DNA of 64,000 nt from the human T2T-CHM13v2.0 reference genome, Homo sapiens, in the NCBI RefSeq assembly GCF_009914755.1, contig NC_060926.1; one strand, written 5' to 3'. Below are positions 50,361-63,319 of this stretch, piece after piece (the first letter of the stretch is position 1; each line of letters starts with the position of its first letter). The notes under the pieces were generated by a model. That model was not told the DNA's origin. It saw only the letters and a program-made list of their open reading frames with translations, and did not search any database. The position numbers were made by a program, and so were the translations under genes.

Positions 50361-52350
50361 GAACGCTTATCCTTTATTACAGGGACCCATCTCTCATGGG
50401 ACACCAAGAAAGGTCCCCAGAACATAGTTTGGGCACTGTTGGTTTTTGGAACCACTAGAATGTTTGGATTTAGAAGGGGCCAGGATGTTCATGTTCTTAC
50501 CCACACGGTTGCCCCAGGCACTGACAGAAGGCCTTCAGTGAGCTCAGTCTCCAAACTTAAGGCAAAGGCTGAAGCCCTGAGTGGGGAAGCTGTCTGGGAG
50601 GTACCTGGGGAGTGGTCACCCCTGGGGGGAAAGCCGGGGCCAGCCTTGTTCTCTAAACTCCACAGGACACTTGGTCCTGCTGGACTGTGGGGCCTGCTGG
50701 GAAGGCTGACAGCTCAGTGTTGGTGCCATCTGTCAGGGCTGCCTTCCCTGGTTTTGAGAACAGGGCTGGACAGGAGCCAGGTTTGAGGGGAGCAGTTGCC
50801 CGGGAGGCCCTGGCCCCTTTTGGCAGCCTCACAGGTCCTGTTCCTACAAGGAGCTGGACACGCTGTCTGAACAACTGCCCCTGCCCTTCCCTGTCAGCAC
50901 CTCCCACGGAGACCCCTTTCTAGCGGGCAGACAAGCTGGGGATTAATGGGTTAGGGGGCCCAGAACCCCAGTTCAGGCAAGTGAGGAGACGCCCAGAGTC
51001 GAGCCTCCATGTTGTCCACGCAGACAACATGGGTCCCTCTGGGAAACCAAAGGCCTGGGCTCCAGCTTGGCCCGATCCTTCACTCCATGCCTGCAACCTC
51101 TGAGGTCGCTCCTGGCTTGGCAGTCTCCCACCTGGTCCTCACACTGCCTTGTCCCGCCCCGATGCTGGGGTTCAGGGTCAGATTAAAACTCCCCTCACTG
51201 GCTCTACTGCCCCCGGAGACCCAGGGTGCACCCTGTTCTTGCTGAAACAGCTGTATTTCCCCTCCTGAGAGATTTTCTTTTGAGCCAGAGAATTATTTGA
51301 AAGAGCAAAGACCTTCCAGAGTTGTTAAACAAAACAACACACCATCTCTAGAGGAATTACAAATAAATGGGGATTCACCCTTCAAATCTGGATAAAGCTC
51401 CCCTCCCCAGACCTCAAACTTGCTGCTCAACTAAAGCTGCTTTGACCTTGGACCAGACCTCCCTGTGCCTGGGCCTCCCAGGACATGTCCTCTCTCCCCC
51501 GTGGCCTGGTTCCTTGCACCTCCATCTGTCTTCCTGGCTCCGTCGTGCACTCCTGGAAGGCAGAGAGTGTGGTCATCTCCCCAGGGCAGAACGGCCCTCA
51601 GGACCTGCGTTGATGCAGCGCTGCTGGCCTGGGCTAGAAAAGTTTTTCGCGATTCTCTGCCCTGGCGAGTGGCTGCAGGGTCCTGCCCACCCCAACGCAG
51701 CCCAGCCCGGCCCTGGGGTTATCCTGCAGAGCCCAGCAGAGTCAGGTGTGGGAGGGAAGTATGAAGTAGGATGAATGCTCTCGGCACAAAATGGCTAAGG
51801 AGCTGGAGCCAGACGGAACACACAGTGAGGGGAACCCCGAGAAGTACTGCGCTTCTCCAGCCCAAAGCCATCTGGAGGGACTGAAGTGAATGTCTCGCTC
51901 ACACGACAAGGTGGCAGGGTTCATTCCTCCCAGGGCCCATCTGCAGCCCCCAGCCCCAGGTCCTGAGCCTACCTTGAGGCCTGCCTCCCTGCAGAGCTTT
52001 GTCTCTGTCTCCCACTGAGCCGGGCCTCTCCTCAGGACCCCCTTTCCTCCTCACAGAGGCCACCCCTCTCAGAGCCAGCCCTCTCTCGGCTCTCCCCGCT
52101 TTATCCTGGCCCATTCTGCCTCAGCTGCTTTCCTCAGTGCGTGGATTCCAGTGGCAGCAACATCTGCTGGGCACTGTCTGGCCCGTGGGTGGTCACAGGG
52201 TGCCAAGGACCCTAGTGCTGTTTCTTGGCCCTGCCACTCACTGGCTGTGTGACCTAGGGCAAGTCGCTCCCCTCCCTGAGCCTCAGTTTCTCTTTGTAAA
52301 AAGTGGTTGGAAGAGATGGTGACTAAAGCCTCTTCCAGGTACTTAATGGA

Positions 52351-52537
52351 CGCAGCCTGTTCCCCTGCTGAGACGCTGTCTTCACTGGCTCTGCGCCTCC
52401 GTCTCCCTGGTTTGGCTCCTGCTTCTTTGGCTGCTCCTTCCAGGCCCCCTTGGCCTGTTGTCACACTCCGGGGCTCAGTCCTCGGGACTCCCCACTCAGG
52501 CTGCTGACTTCCAATTCCTGTCTGTATCCCAGAGACG
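52351..52537 (+). repeat. Copy 1 of local direct duplication (L2-derived)
   Basis: Near-identical to 53205-53412. Confidence 0.92.
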
Positions 52538-53204
52538 GAGAGGATAATATCTGCTCATTCAACACCAGACTGAGTTAAATATCTAAGGAATTTCTACTCT
52601 AAACCCAGCGTTTAGAGCCAGCCCTGCCCCACTGGGCATCATCCACCACAGGCAGGCAGAGGCATTTCATTCCGTCTGCCTTCCCCCTCAGCACTGGCCC
52701 CGGTCGGCCTGTCCTTGCCCAGGTCCTCTGGGCCCCTCCCAGGGCTGTGGCCTTCCTTTGGCTGGGACCTTAGGCAGGGCTCATTTCCTCCCAGGCCTGA
52801 GCACTTTCCCAAGGAGCCAGCGCCTGTCCCTGCTGCCCAGTGCTTCCTCAGAGGCAGGACTTTGGCAAGCACTGCCTTGCTGCTGATGAGACTTAATTAA
52901 CGCAGGGATCCGCTTTCCTCCTGGCCCTGGGAGAGAGGCGCCCGCCTTGGAGCTCGAGGACACAGGGTACCCCATTGTTCTCTGGAGAAACACAGCTGCC
53001 CCTCTGCAGCTGCTGCCCCGGGCCTGTCAGCTGCCGTCTCTGCTCTCGGAGGTCCTTCCCACTCTCCTCCCTGAGGGGCTTATTCAAGTGCCCACCAGCA
53101 GAGATCCACATCCTTCCCCTGAGCTGGTCTCTTCAGGGTGTCCATGGTGCTGACTCCACAGGTCGAGCATTAGGCCTCATTGGACTGGACGTATCAGGCA
53201 TCGG

Positions 53205-53412
53205 CGCAGCCCGTTCCCCTGCTGAGATGTTGTCTTCACTGGCTCTGCAGCTCCGTCTCCTTGGTTTGGCTCCTGCTTCTCCGGCTGCTCCTTCCAGGCC
53301 CCCTTTGCCTGTTGTCACACCCCAGGGCTCAGTCCTCGGGACTCCCCACTCACTCAGGGCCACGCCCTTCATAGGCTGCTGACTTCCAATTCCTGTCTGT
53401 ATCCCAGAGACG
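53205..53412 (+). repeat. Copy 2 of local direct duplication (L2-derived)
   Basis: Near-identical to 52351-52537 plus a ~21-nt extra segment. Confidence 0.92.
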
Positions 53413-53724
53413 AATAGGAATAGATATCGCTCTGTCTATCACAATAGATATTCCTATCTGCATCACCCAGAGCGAAGCTGAATCCTTGCCTTCAAGGCCC
53501 CGCACCACCTGCCCTGGCACCTCCCTGACCTCACCTTCACTGCTGTCGTCTGTGTGGTTGACACACCAAACCCAGCCACTCTTTGCATTAGGCCTTCGCA
53601 TCGGCTGTTCCCCCTGCCTGGAATGCTCTTTCCCCAGTATCCGTTTGGCTCGTTCCCTCATTATCTTCAGTCCTCTGGTTGAACACCACCTCCTTAGCAA
53701 GCCCTTCCGTGATGGCTCGATCTT

Positions 53725-54036
53725 ATTTATTTGTTTGTTTGTTTGTTTGTTTTTTGAGACAGAATCTCACTCTGTCGCCCAGGCTGGAGTGCACTGGCGA
53801 GATCTTGGATCACTGCAAACTCTGCCTCCCAGGTTCAAGCGATTCTTCTGCCTCAGCGTCTGAGTAGCTGGGATTACAGGTGTGTGCCATCACATCTGGC
53901 TAATTTTTGTATTTTTAGTAAAGACGGGGTTCCACCATGTTGGCCAGGCTGGTCTCGAACTCCTGACCTCAAGCGATCTGCCCACTTCGGCCTCCCAAAT
54001 TGCTGGGATTACAGGTGTGAGCCACCGCGCCCAGCC
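53725..54036 (-). mobile_element. AluS inserted in an L2
   Basis: Antisense Alu with (TTTG)n tail; flanking ATGGCTC repeats. Confidence 0.93.
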
Positions 54037-56479
54037 AATGGCTCTATTTTAAATCGCAATACTCCCCTACTTCCCCTAGCACTCTCTCCCCTGCTTTATT
54101 TTCTCCATAGTACTCATCACTCTCTGCCACGCTATGTCAGTTTGAAAACACTATCACCTCCCTCTAGACCGTAAAGTTCACGAGAGCAGGGGTTTTTGTG
54201 TTGCTGACCACTGCATCCCTAGTGTCTAAACAGTGCCCCCTTGGGGCTTTTTGGAACTAGGAATGCTGTCCTCAGTCTCCAGTAGCTGATGAACAAATAT
54301 TTGTTGCACAAATGGATGAATGCTTCATTAAATGTACTTGTACATGTATCTTTATGTCCTGGTGGTTTGACTTCTGTAGACTAGATCATGGAAGTGTGGT
54401 TATTCTGTCCAGTGTATGTATAGAGTATTTTTAATTTTAATAAACAACTCTAGATTACTTTCCCAAGAGGTTGAAGCAATTCATGCCCATTTCTCTGCCT
54501 GTGCTGGACGTTATCACACTTGAGTTCTTGCCAGTCTTCTGGGGAAGCAGGGAAGGCATCTCATTGCTTTAATTTTCATTTTCCTGCCTAATAGAGAAGA
54601 ACATTGTTCATATTTATTGACCACTTGAATTTCTGTTTCTGTGAATTGTCTTGTTTATTATAGTCTTTGCCTATTTTTGTTTTTACAGGGGAGGTGGGTG
54701 GGGGAGGACTGACGTTTTCTAACATGTGTGTAAGACGGAATCTGCATTTTTTTTTTAAAGCATCCCAGGTAATTGTGATACTTATGGCCATTCCCAGCGC
54801 TATCGCTTAGTATGAGGATCCTCCTGGTCCGCTACTGCCTGGCAGGCTCTGGGGTCCTCTATGGGTTTTAGAATGAAAGGTTTTAAGGTTTTTTTTCATT
54901 GCTGGTACTCTGTACTTTCTACAACGATCTTGTGTTACTTTTTTAAAAAGGATATTAAAAAACAATCATAGGAAAACCCTTGTACTGTAATACCAAGTGG
55001 AAAAGCATTTACAGTTAGGATGTACTTTCTGATGAGAATGACATAAAAAGGCTCTCTGTATGCAGAAAACCCTAGCAGTGAATGGCCAGAATGAAAACAT
55101 AGGATTGTGGGTAATATTCCTTACAATGGAAGTTTTCCTTACGATGGAAGGCAGACAAGTGGGGGAAGAAGAGGTGAGGGTGAACCCCTAGTGGAAAAAG
55201 AGTGCCTGCTGGAATGGTAGCACTTGGGCTAAAATACCCTCCTTTTGTGGCTTGGCAGACATCACTAATTAATCACTTCAGCAGTTCCTCCTAAGCTCCA
55301 GCTTGGTCTTAGAATCTTTCTCAGCCCCATAGTCCAGAGAGCTACTGTCACAGATCAGAGCTGGCAGGCGACATTAAACCCAGTCACCGTCCTTGCCTGA
55401 GCAGGGGACAGCGCAGTCATACCTGGCAGCCAACTCTCTTGCTGGGGCAGCAACAGGCTCCCTGGCAGCCCTCGTGGCTATGTTGGGGCTGCAATCCAGT
55501 TGGCTGCTCCTACCTATCTGTGCCCTGGGGGTGGGGGAGGCACCTGGGGTCTTTTCAACCTGCACTGGCTCCCATCTCTTATATAGAGCATAGCTTCCTG
55601 GACTCTCTTCTCCTCCCAGCCCTGGGGGCTTGTTGGAAGTGGGAACGTTGTCCTCAGCCTGATGCTTGGCCCTGATGCAAAGTCCACATGTTTTTTCATC
55701 ATTGACTTTCAGGGTCAACATGTGGACCCTGGACCCTGGACCCTGGAACATCCCCTCCAACACCACACCTTGGCCACTCTCACCATTTGGGCGACTCTGC
55801 AGCCTCTGACCTCTGCTTTCATGATTTTTGGCGTAACCCCTCTCCACTCACATGGTCCCAGCTGTGACTTCGTGCCCTGATGCTGTGTTCACTGGCACAT
55901 CCTGACTGTCTAACCAGGCCCCTGGCCCCGCCCCACCTGCCTGCCCTGCACTTGGCATGACTCAGAGCTGACAGGTTCACCAGCCGGACTCACTGCACAG
56001 CGCCAGGAATTCCTCATCAGTCTTCTTCCTCTAGACCAGCTTGGGGTGGGGGCCGTGGGGGGTTGATTAGAAAGAGTAGGAAGAAATATTTTTATAGCTT
56101 TTTCTGGTTTTTTTTTTTTGAGAAACAGTAAATGATATAGAAAGATAACATAGAAATATATGAGGAAATCACCAATAATCTAATCACCTGGAGATAACCA
56201 CAGTGACTGTGTTGGTGAACATCCTTCCAGGCACCTCTCTGCCTCCACACTCACTGACATATACATATGCACATTGTCATAAATGGCATCGTGCTCTATT
56301 CAACCTGCATTTTTCACTCAACTATATGTCATGAGCATTTTCAAGAATGTCAATGACGAAAAAACATGTTTTCTTCTCCTAGAATGTAAATTATATTCCA
56401 CAGGATTCTTTTTTTTTCCTCCTAGCATATTTGTGTTTTTGTTTCCTCTGAGGCAGAAATGTTATTAATTTCCCATTTC

Positions 56480-57360
56480 TCTCCCATAGTAATAGACCAC
56501 CAATTTCTAGTTGTGTGGACAGCCACTACAATGAAGACAATGTATCTCAGCTTCCCATGGGGCTCTGTATGGCTGTGGGACTGAGTTCTAGTCAACGGGT
56601 GCAAGCAGAAGAGGTATGTGCAACACTGCCTGGATGTGCCCTGTGCTAGGTAGTTTTATATATGGCCATCAATTATTTGACAGTCCTTCTTTCATTTAGG
56701 TGGAGGCTTAATTCCCTTCCTTTAAGCATAGCCTGCACTTTGTGACTTGCTTCTAATGCATAGAACGTGGTAGAAGCAATGAACACCTGAGGTTGAACTG
56801 AAGAGGCAGTTGGCTTCCTTCTTGCTCTCTGTCTCTTGCATCATCCACTCTGGGGAAAACCAGCTGCCATGTCATGAGGACAATGTAGCAGCCCTATGGA
56901 GAGAAGACCCATGTGGCAAAGAACCGAGGCTTCCTGCCAACAGTCACGTAAAAGAGCCATTTTGAAAGCAAGTCCTTAACCCCCAAACCAGCCTTCAGGT
57001 GACTGTGGTGCTGGATGACATCTTGACTATAAACTCTGAATTCCTGACCCACAGAAACTGAGATAATAAGTGTTTATTGTTTTAAACAACCAAGTTTTGG
57101 GGTAATTGTTTTGCAACAATAGACAACTGATACATGCCCTTAAAAGGATGGGCGGGTCTTCCCTTCCCCTTTACCCTCTCTCTGGATGGAAGGTGGATGT
57201 GCAGTGTGCCATCTGGGATCTTGCAGATAAGGGCAACATGCTAGGGATGGAGGAGCAACAACATAGAGGGGGTCTGGGCCCTTGATGGCTTCATAGGACA
57301 GGGTCAGCATAACAACTCAGACTTCTAAGTGAGAGGAACATGAATGTCTATATTAATTAA
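56480..57360 (+). mobile_element. Nested MLT1 LTRs (inner element ~56643-57133)
   Basis: Inner element ends ...GCAACAATAGACAACTGATACA and is flanked by TGCCCT; outer pieces resemble an older MLT1. Confidence 0.65.
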
Positions 57361-57475
57361 GCCAGAGCATCCCAACCAATGCTGGGCCTTCCTGGAGTGC
57401 TGTCAATGGGTTGCAGGTGCATGAAGCTACTGATCCCCTCTGTCTCAGGGCCAGTTGCTTCTGCATGTAAGCAGC

Positions 57476-57822
57476 CTGCTATGGACTGAATGTTTGTGTC
57501 TCTCCAAAATTCATATGTTGAAACCTAATTCCCAATGTGATGATTTTCGGAGGTGACTAGGTCATGAGAGTGGAACTTTTATGAATGGGATTAGTGCCCT
57601 TATAAGGGACTAGCAAGACCAGAGATTTTTCCCTTTCCACCATATGAGGACACAGCAAAAAGGCACTATCCATGAACTAAAAGCAGGCCTTCACCAGACA
57701 CTGCTCTGCCAGTGTCTTGATCTTGGACTTCCCAGTCTCCAGAACTGTGAGAAATAAATTTCTGTTTATAAGCTATCCAATTTACAGTATTTTGTTTTAG
57801 CAGTCTGAAAGAAATAAGACAC
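57476..57822 (+). mobile_element. MLT1A/B LTR
   Basis: TGCTATGGACTGAATGTTTGTGTC...TTGGACTTCCCAGTCTCCAGAACTGTGAGAAATAAATTTCTG...AAGACA. Confidence 0.85.
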
Positions 57823-58472
57823 AGCCTTATTCTTTTACCCCCGTGAGCTACACAATTATTACAATTTTCTCTGTGTGCTGTGATGGGAATAATGTTTGGG
57901 AAGCTTTGGGTCTCTGTCATGACAGCCAAATTTTATCCCAACAAATACATTCTCCAAAGTGAGATGTGGCTTAGTACTTTTAACATATGCTGCTCTCCTT
58001 AATCAGGCTATGGGACACTCGTGCTCTGAGGGGTATGTCAGGTCTTGGCAGGTGAGGTGGCAGGTACTACAAGTGGTCGGGCTTTCTCTAGGTCCCAGAG
58101 GCCCCAGGTGTTTGTGATCACTCCCCTTGCCTGTGCAGGAGACTGATTCTGCAAACAACAAGAGCGAACCCTCCTCCCGGCCTTGGGGAACCACTCACAG
58201 TTTGCTTCTGACTCCAGCTCTCTTCCCCCTGAGCTGTGTCTGTATCCCAACCTCCCTTCTCTTCTCAGGCTCTGTCCGCTCAGGAACACAGATGGTAACA
58301 GTGCAGAGGTGGACACTGCTTAATAACATCATTTCTCCCTGAGGACGGTCATGGGTCACACACCCAAATCAAACCAAGCCTCCTGTGGACAGAATTCTAT
58401 TAGGAGGTATGGGACTGGGGCTTTCCTGATGTCGCCCACTCAGAAGAGCAGAATCTCTATTTTAATGGCTAC

Positions 58473-58836
58473 ATGTTATGCACGGAATATTTGTGTCCCA
58501 CCTAATTCATATGTTGACATTCTAATCCTGATATGATGGTACTCAGAGGTGGGGCTGTTCAGAGGTGATGAGGTCATGAGGGTGGAGCCCTCATGAACGG
58601 GATTAGTGCCCTTGTCATAGGAGCCCTGGGGACCTCTCACACCCTCTTCCACTGTGTGAGCACACCACTCAAGAAGAGGGCAGCTTGTAACCCAGGAGAG
58701 GCCTCAGCAGTACCTGACCATGCTGGCACCCTGAGCTCAGCCTTCCAGACTCCAGAACTTTGAGAAATACACTTCTGTTGTTTAGAGGCCACACAGCCTA
58801 TGGTACCATGTCACAGCAGCTCAAATGGACTGAGAT
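58473..58836 (+). mobile_element. MLT1A-like LTR
   Basis: TGTTATG...AATTCATATGTTGA...GGTCATGAGGGTGGAGCCCTCATGAACGGGATTAGTGCCCTT...GACTGAGA. Confidence 0.8.
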
Positions 58837-59029
58837 GGTGAGGTTCGCCAGACCCAGGCAATCTGCTGGATGTGTCCTCCCCTTTGCTTAAACTCAGGGT
58901 TATATGAAGTAAACAGAAGGATCCGTTTTAGCATGAGTGACATCACACTGTAACATGAGAACCATACACATTTTGTGATATTGCTTTTGCAGACTTAGAT
59001 CTACAAGACCATAAAGATTCCACAGTGGT

Positions 59030-59310
59030 GGCTGGGCACAGTAGCTCACGTCTGTAATCCCAGCACTTTGGGAGGTCGAGGTGGGCAGATCGCTTGAGGT
59101 CAGGAGCTTGAGACCAGCCTGGGCAACCTGGTGAAACCCCGTCTCTACTGAAAATACAAAAATTAGCCAGGCATGGTGGTGCATGCCTGTAATCCCAGCT
59201 ACTTGGGGGACTGAGGCAAGAGAATGGCTTGAAACCTGGAAGGGAGAGGTTGCAGTGAGCTGAGATTGTGCCACTGCACTCTAGCCTGGGTGACACACTG
59301 AGACTCCATC

Positions 59311-59354
<44 letters not shown>
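59030..59354 (+). mobile_element. Alu with pure A42 tail
   Basis: Full dimer; TSD AAGATT(C/A)CACAGTGG; poly(A) 59313-59354. Confidence 0.95.
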
Positions 59355-59356
<2 letters not shown>

Positions 59357-59659
59357 TTACACAGTGGCTTCTAGTCTCACTGCCCAGTGGCTCCTCATTA
59401 ATAACTGATAGGAACTCCAAACAGCATGGCCAGGAGACTGCATCAGCTTGGACCTGGTGGATCCCTCTTCTGACAGGCCCTGCTGCTCCCTTCAGCTCTC
59501 CACACTGCTCCATGCCCACAACTGCTAGTCTTGGGATTGAGTGTTTATTTCAGGGCTCTTATTTCCAAACTAGTTCAGCATCTGCTGAGGTGATTGTTCA
59601 AATTTTGCTTTGAGCATTAAGTTAGTGAATTTTTTTCTTCTTTTTTTTTTGGAGGGAAC

Positions 59660-60030
59660 AATTTTTTTATTGTGGTAAAATATATATAACATAAAATTTA
59701 ACATTTTAAGCATTTTTGGGTTTATAATTCAGTGGAATTAAGTACTTTCACAGTGTTGTACAACCATCACTACTATCCATCTCCAGAACTTTTCATCACC
59801 CCAAATTGAAACTCAGAAGGTATCAAACAATAATTCCCCATTTCCCTTCTGTAACCCATGGCAGCTCTATTCTACCTCTGGTGTCTATGACTTTGCCTAG
59901 TCTAGATATCTCATCTAAGTGGAATCATACAATCTTTGTCTTTCTGTGACTGGCTCACTTAGCATAATGTCTTCAAGACTCGCCCATGCTGTAGTATGGG
60001 TCAGAGTTTCCTTCCTCTTAATGGCTGAGC
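59660..60030 (-). mobile_element. L1M (MB-like) 3' fragment
   Basis: TTTATTGTGGTAAAATATATATAACATAAAATTTA...AAGTGGAATCATACAA...TTAATGGCTGA. Confidence 0.85.
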
Positions 60031-61374
60031 ACGTAAGTTTTTAATCCGTGGATTTCACCAAAGGTTGATGTTTCTAATGCATTCGGCAAAATTCCTGCAG
60101 ACACTTACTAAATGTGGAGTTGACTTCTCTTTTTCCTGCATCATTCTCTTCATTCTCTATACAGTGACTGTGTGACATCTGGTAGTGCGTGGTTAGGTGT
60201 TTCATTCATTCTCTCGAATGAGAGGAGGTCCTCCCAGGTTGGAGGTCTATGCTAGCAGCAGGTGCTCTGTGGAGCGGTGCCAACAGTGACACCGAGAGAC
60301 GCCCCTCTGTGGTGACAGCTCCGGAGCACTGCCTGTTACTCTACTCTTATATTCTGGAAGCCTCATCAACATCATGCTTTGGTATTTTTCAGTGTGGCTA
60401 CACATTTCTTACTTCATTTAATCCAAATGCCCTGATGGAGGCTATGTGTCAGTAACCCTTTTAACTCTGAGGAAACTGAGGCCCAGGGAGGTGATGGCTC
60501 TTGCCTCCCCAGGAGGTCAGTGGCAAGTGGGAGGCTGAAGCTTAGGGCACCCAAGTCCAGGACTGTTTTCTGCTTACCCCTCAGGGAAGGTGGCAGAGGC
60601 TTCAGGTTCCCTCCTTTTTGCACTGGCTTTTCTCCTCCTACCTTGATGGGCATGGATACACTGATAGGGGTTGGAGAAGGTGGGGAGATAGGGGAGAATA
60701 AGCACCAACCTTTCAATTCCTCAGCTTGTGCAAACCTTGTTTCTTTTGAACTGTCTTCAGGGCTGAATCTGGCACTCTCAAAAGGCAAGGGTAGGAAGGT
60801 GGCAAGAGGGGCTGTAACCACTTCCTGGGGACTGGGGCTAAAACCACGGGGCTGGAATCTTCCCCTCCCCCTGCAGGAGGATATCAGGAACTACAGCCAT
60901 TTGAGAATAAATGATTCTTGCATATGATTTAAAAATTATGAAATAAAGGAAATGAGGTGAAAAATCTCTTCACTCTTGTCACCAGCAGCCATTTTCTTCC
61001 TTACAGGCATCAATGTTTTCTACTTTTGCATATCTTTCCTGAGGACTGTTATGTATGCATATATACACAAGTACATACATACACGTATACGTATGTACGT
61101 ATGGGTATGTGTGTGTATATATATTCTTGTTTCATTTTCTCCCACAGATAGTAAGTATATTATGCATATTGCCCTGTGCTTTATTCTTCCAGCACTTTCA
61201 CATAATATATAATAGTAATAGCACTGAACATTTATTAAGTGCTTACTATGTTCTGGGGTTCTGGGTACTGCTCTAAGAACTTGGTATGGGTCAATAGTCT
61301 TAATACATTTCATCCTCACAACAACCCCATGAGGTAGCATCATTTTTTCAATCTATACATAGTAAAAAAAAAGC

Positions 61375-61773
61375 CCATGCAAGCTAAAACAACACTGAGA
61401 TACTATTTTTCATCCGTCATGCTGTTAAAGATCAAAAAGCTCACTAACACACGGTGTGGAAGAGGGTGTGGAGACATTGATACTCCATAGATTTTTGGTA
61501 AGCAATTCAGCAAAAGCTATTACCATTATAAAGACAAATAACTTTGATTCAGCAATTCCACTTCTAGGAATTTTTCCTGCAGATACACTTTGCAGATGCT
61601 GAATGAGTGGGGCACATATTATTCATGCACCATTGCATAATAGCAAAAGACTGGGAAAAAGTTAAACATGCATCAGTAGGGACTGGCTACATATGGTATA
61701 TTAACATCCATTTATTGAAATATTAGGCTGTGGGTTTTAAAAAAATGAGTAAATTATTGATGCACAGAGGTGG
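61375..61773 (+). mobile_element. L1M (ME-like) fragment hosting the THE1 LTR
   Basis: CTTTGATTCAGCAATTCCACTTCTAGGAATTT...ATAATAGCAAAAGACTGG...CATCAGTAGGGACTGG. Confidence 0.7.
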
Positions 61774-62136
61774 TGTTAGTCTGTTCTTACACTGCTAATA
61801 AAGACATACCAGAGACTGGGTAATTTGTAAAGAAAAAGAGATTTAATGGACTCACAGTTTCACATGGCTGAGGAGGCCTCACAGTCATGGCGGAAGGCAA
61901 AGCAGGGCAAAGCCACTTCCTACATGGTGGCAGGCAAGACAGTGTGTGCAGAGGAACTGCCCTTTTATAAAACCATCAGTTCTCATGAGACTTATTCACT
62001 ATCACAAGAGCAGCATGGGAAAAACTCGCCCCCATGATTCAATTACTTCCCACTAGGTCCCTCCCACAACACGTGGGGATTATGGGAGCTACAATTCAAG
62101 ATGAGATTTGGGTGGGCACATAGCCAAACCATATCA
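61774..62136 (-). mobile_element. THE1 (C/D-like) solo LTR, MaLR
   Basis: TGTTAGTCTGTTCTTACACTGCTAATAAAGACATACC...GAGATTTGGGTGGGCACATAGCCAAACCATATCA is the reverse complement of the THE1 LTR consensus. Confidence 0.93.
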
Positions 62137-63319
62137 GACTGGCTAAATACGACATATGATATGATATATTAACATCCATTTATTGAAATATTAGGCTGTG
62201 ATTTTTTTTTAATGAGTAAGTTATTCATGCACAGCGGTGGGATGCTCTCCAAGATGGAGAGGCAGTGCAACATCATGGTTAAGAATCCAACTTGAGCCAG
62301 GCTTCCTGGGTTTTAAGTCTGGCTTTGCTGCTTATCAACTGTGCAAAATTGGACTGTTACTCTACCTCTCTGCATCTCTGGTTTCCTCATCTGAAAAGTG
62401 GGGCTTGTAATAATAACACATTGTAATACCTCCAGCTAACCCTCAGACAAGTAGGAAATAAACGGTCATGGTCATATGCCACTGGAATTTTTTAAAAATA
62501 TTTTTTACACAGCATGAATGCAGTGATAACTAACTGATACAAGTGCACAGTAGTTGCTCAATAAGTATTGCTTAATAAGGAACTGAGCAAGTCCTTTCTT
62601 TATAGTGGGAAACTTCACAGGTTACCTGAAGAGCAACTCCATGTAGAGCCCAAAGAGGAAGCTCAAGGTTAATATTCAACATACAACCAAAGCACTGGGG
62701 TTTTATTTATTCAGCAGGCTGGTTTTTTTTTTTTTTTTTTTGAGTACTGGCTGTGCTAGAAGCTGACACACATACAAATAGAGTAAGGATTGACCCCTGT
62801 CCTCAGAGCACACACTCTCTGGAAGGACAAGATTTATAAACAATTAATTATAAGTATCGTGGCACTTGCTGTAACAAAGGTATGCAGAAAGTGTGCAAAG
62901 GAGGTAACAAGCATTTCAGCCTGTGGTGGATGCAGGGTGAAGGAGGTGAAGTCATGGGAGTTGGGGTGCCCAGTGAGCGGTAAAGGGATAGAAAGCTGCA
63001 AAGGTCAGCCAAATCCAGCATGGGAAGGGCCTTGAAAGCTTGGGAAGGAATTTGAGTGATACAATTTTTTGGCAGAGGGGTGCCATGATTTTGGAAAGAT
63101 CACTTTGGTGGCAATGTGGAAGGTGCAAAAGGCGGCTATTGCAGGGCCCAGGATGTGGGGTTGCTTACATCAGACCTCCTGCTACAAGGACAGAATTGAT
63201 CGGGGACAATTTCTAGGGACAGGATTGATCTGGGGGGTATGTGGCCCCAGATGAGGAAAGAGAAGTCCAGGAGGTGGTAAAATAAGTCCTTTCTTCTAAC
63301 TCCCCTGCTAGGTAGGCAC

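Noticed and set aside
55117-55150. Short tandem duplication TTCCTTAC(A/G)ATGGAAG x2 (similar CACCCATTAAACAAT x2 at ~50081-50113)
   Set aside because: Ordinary slippage duplications in old repeat-derived DNA.
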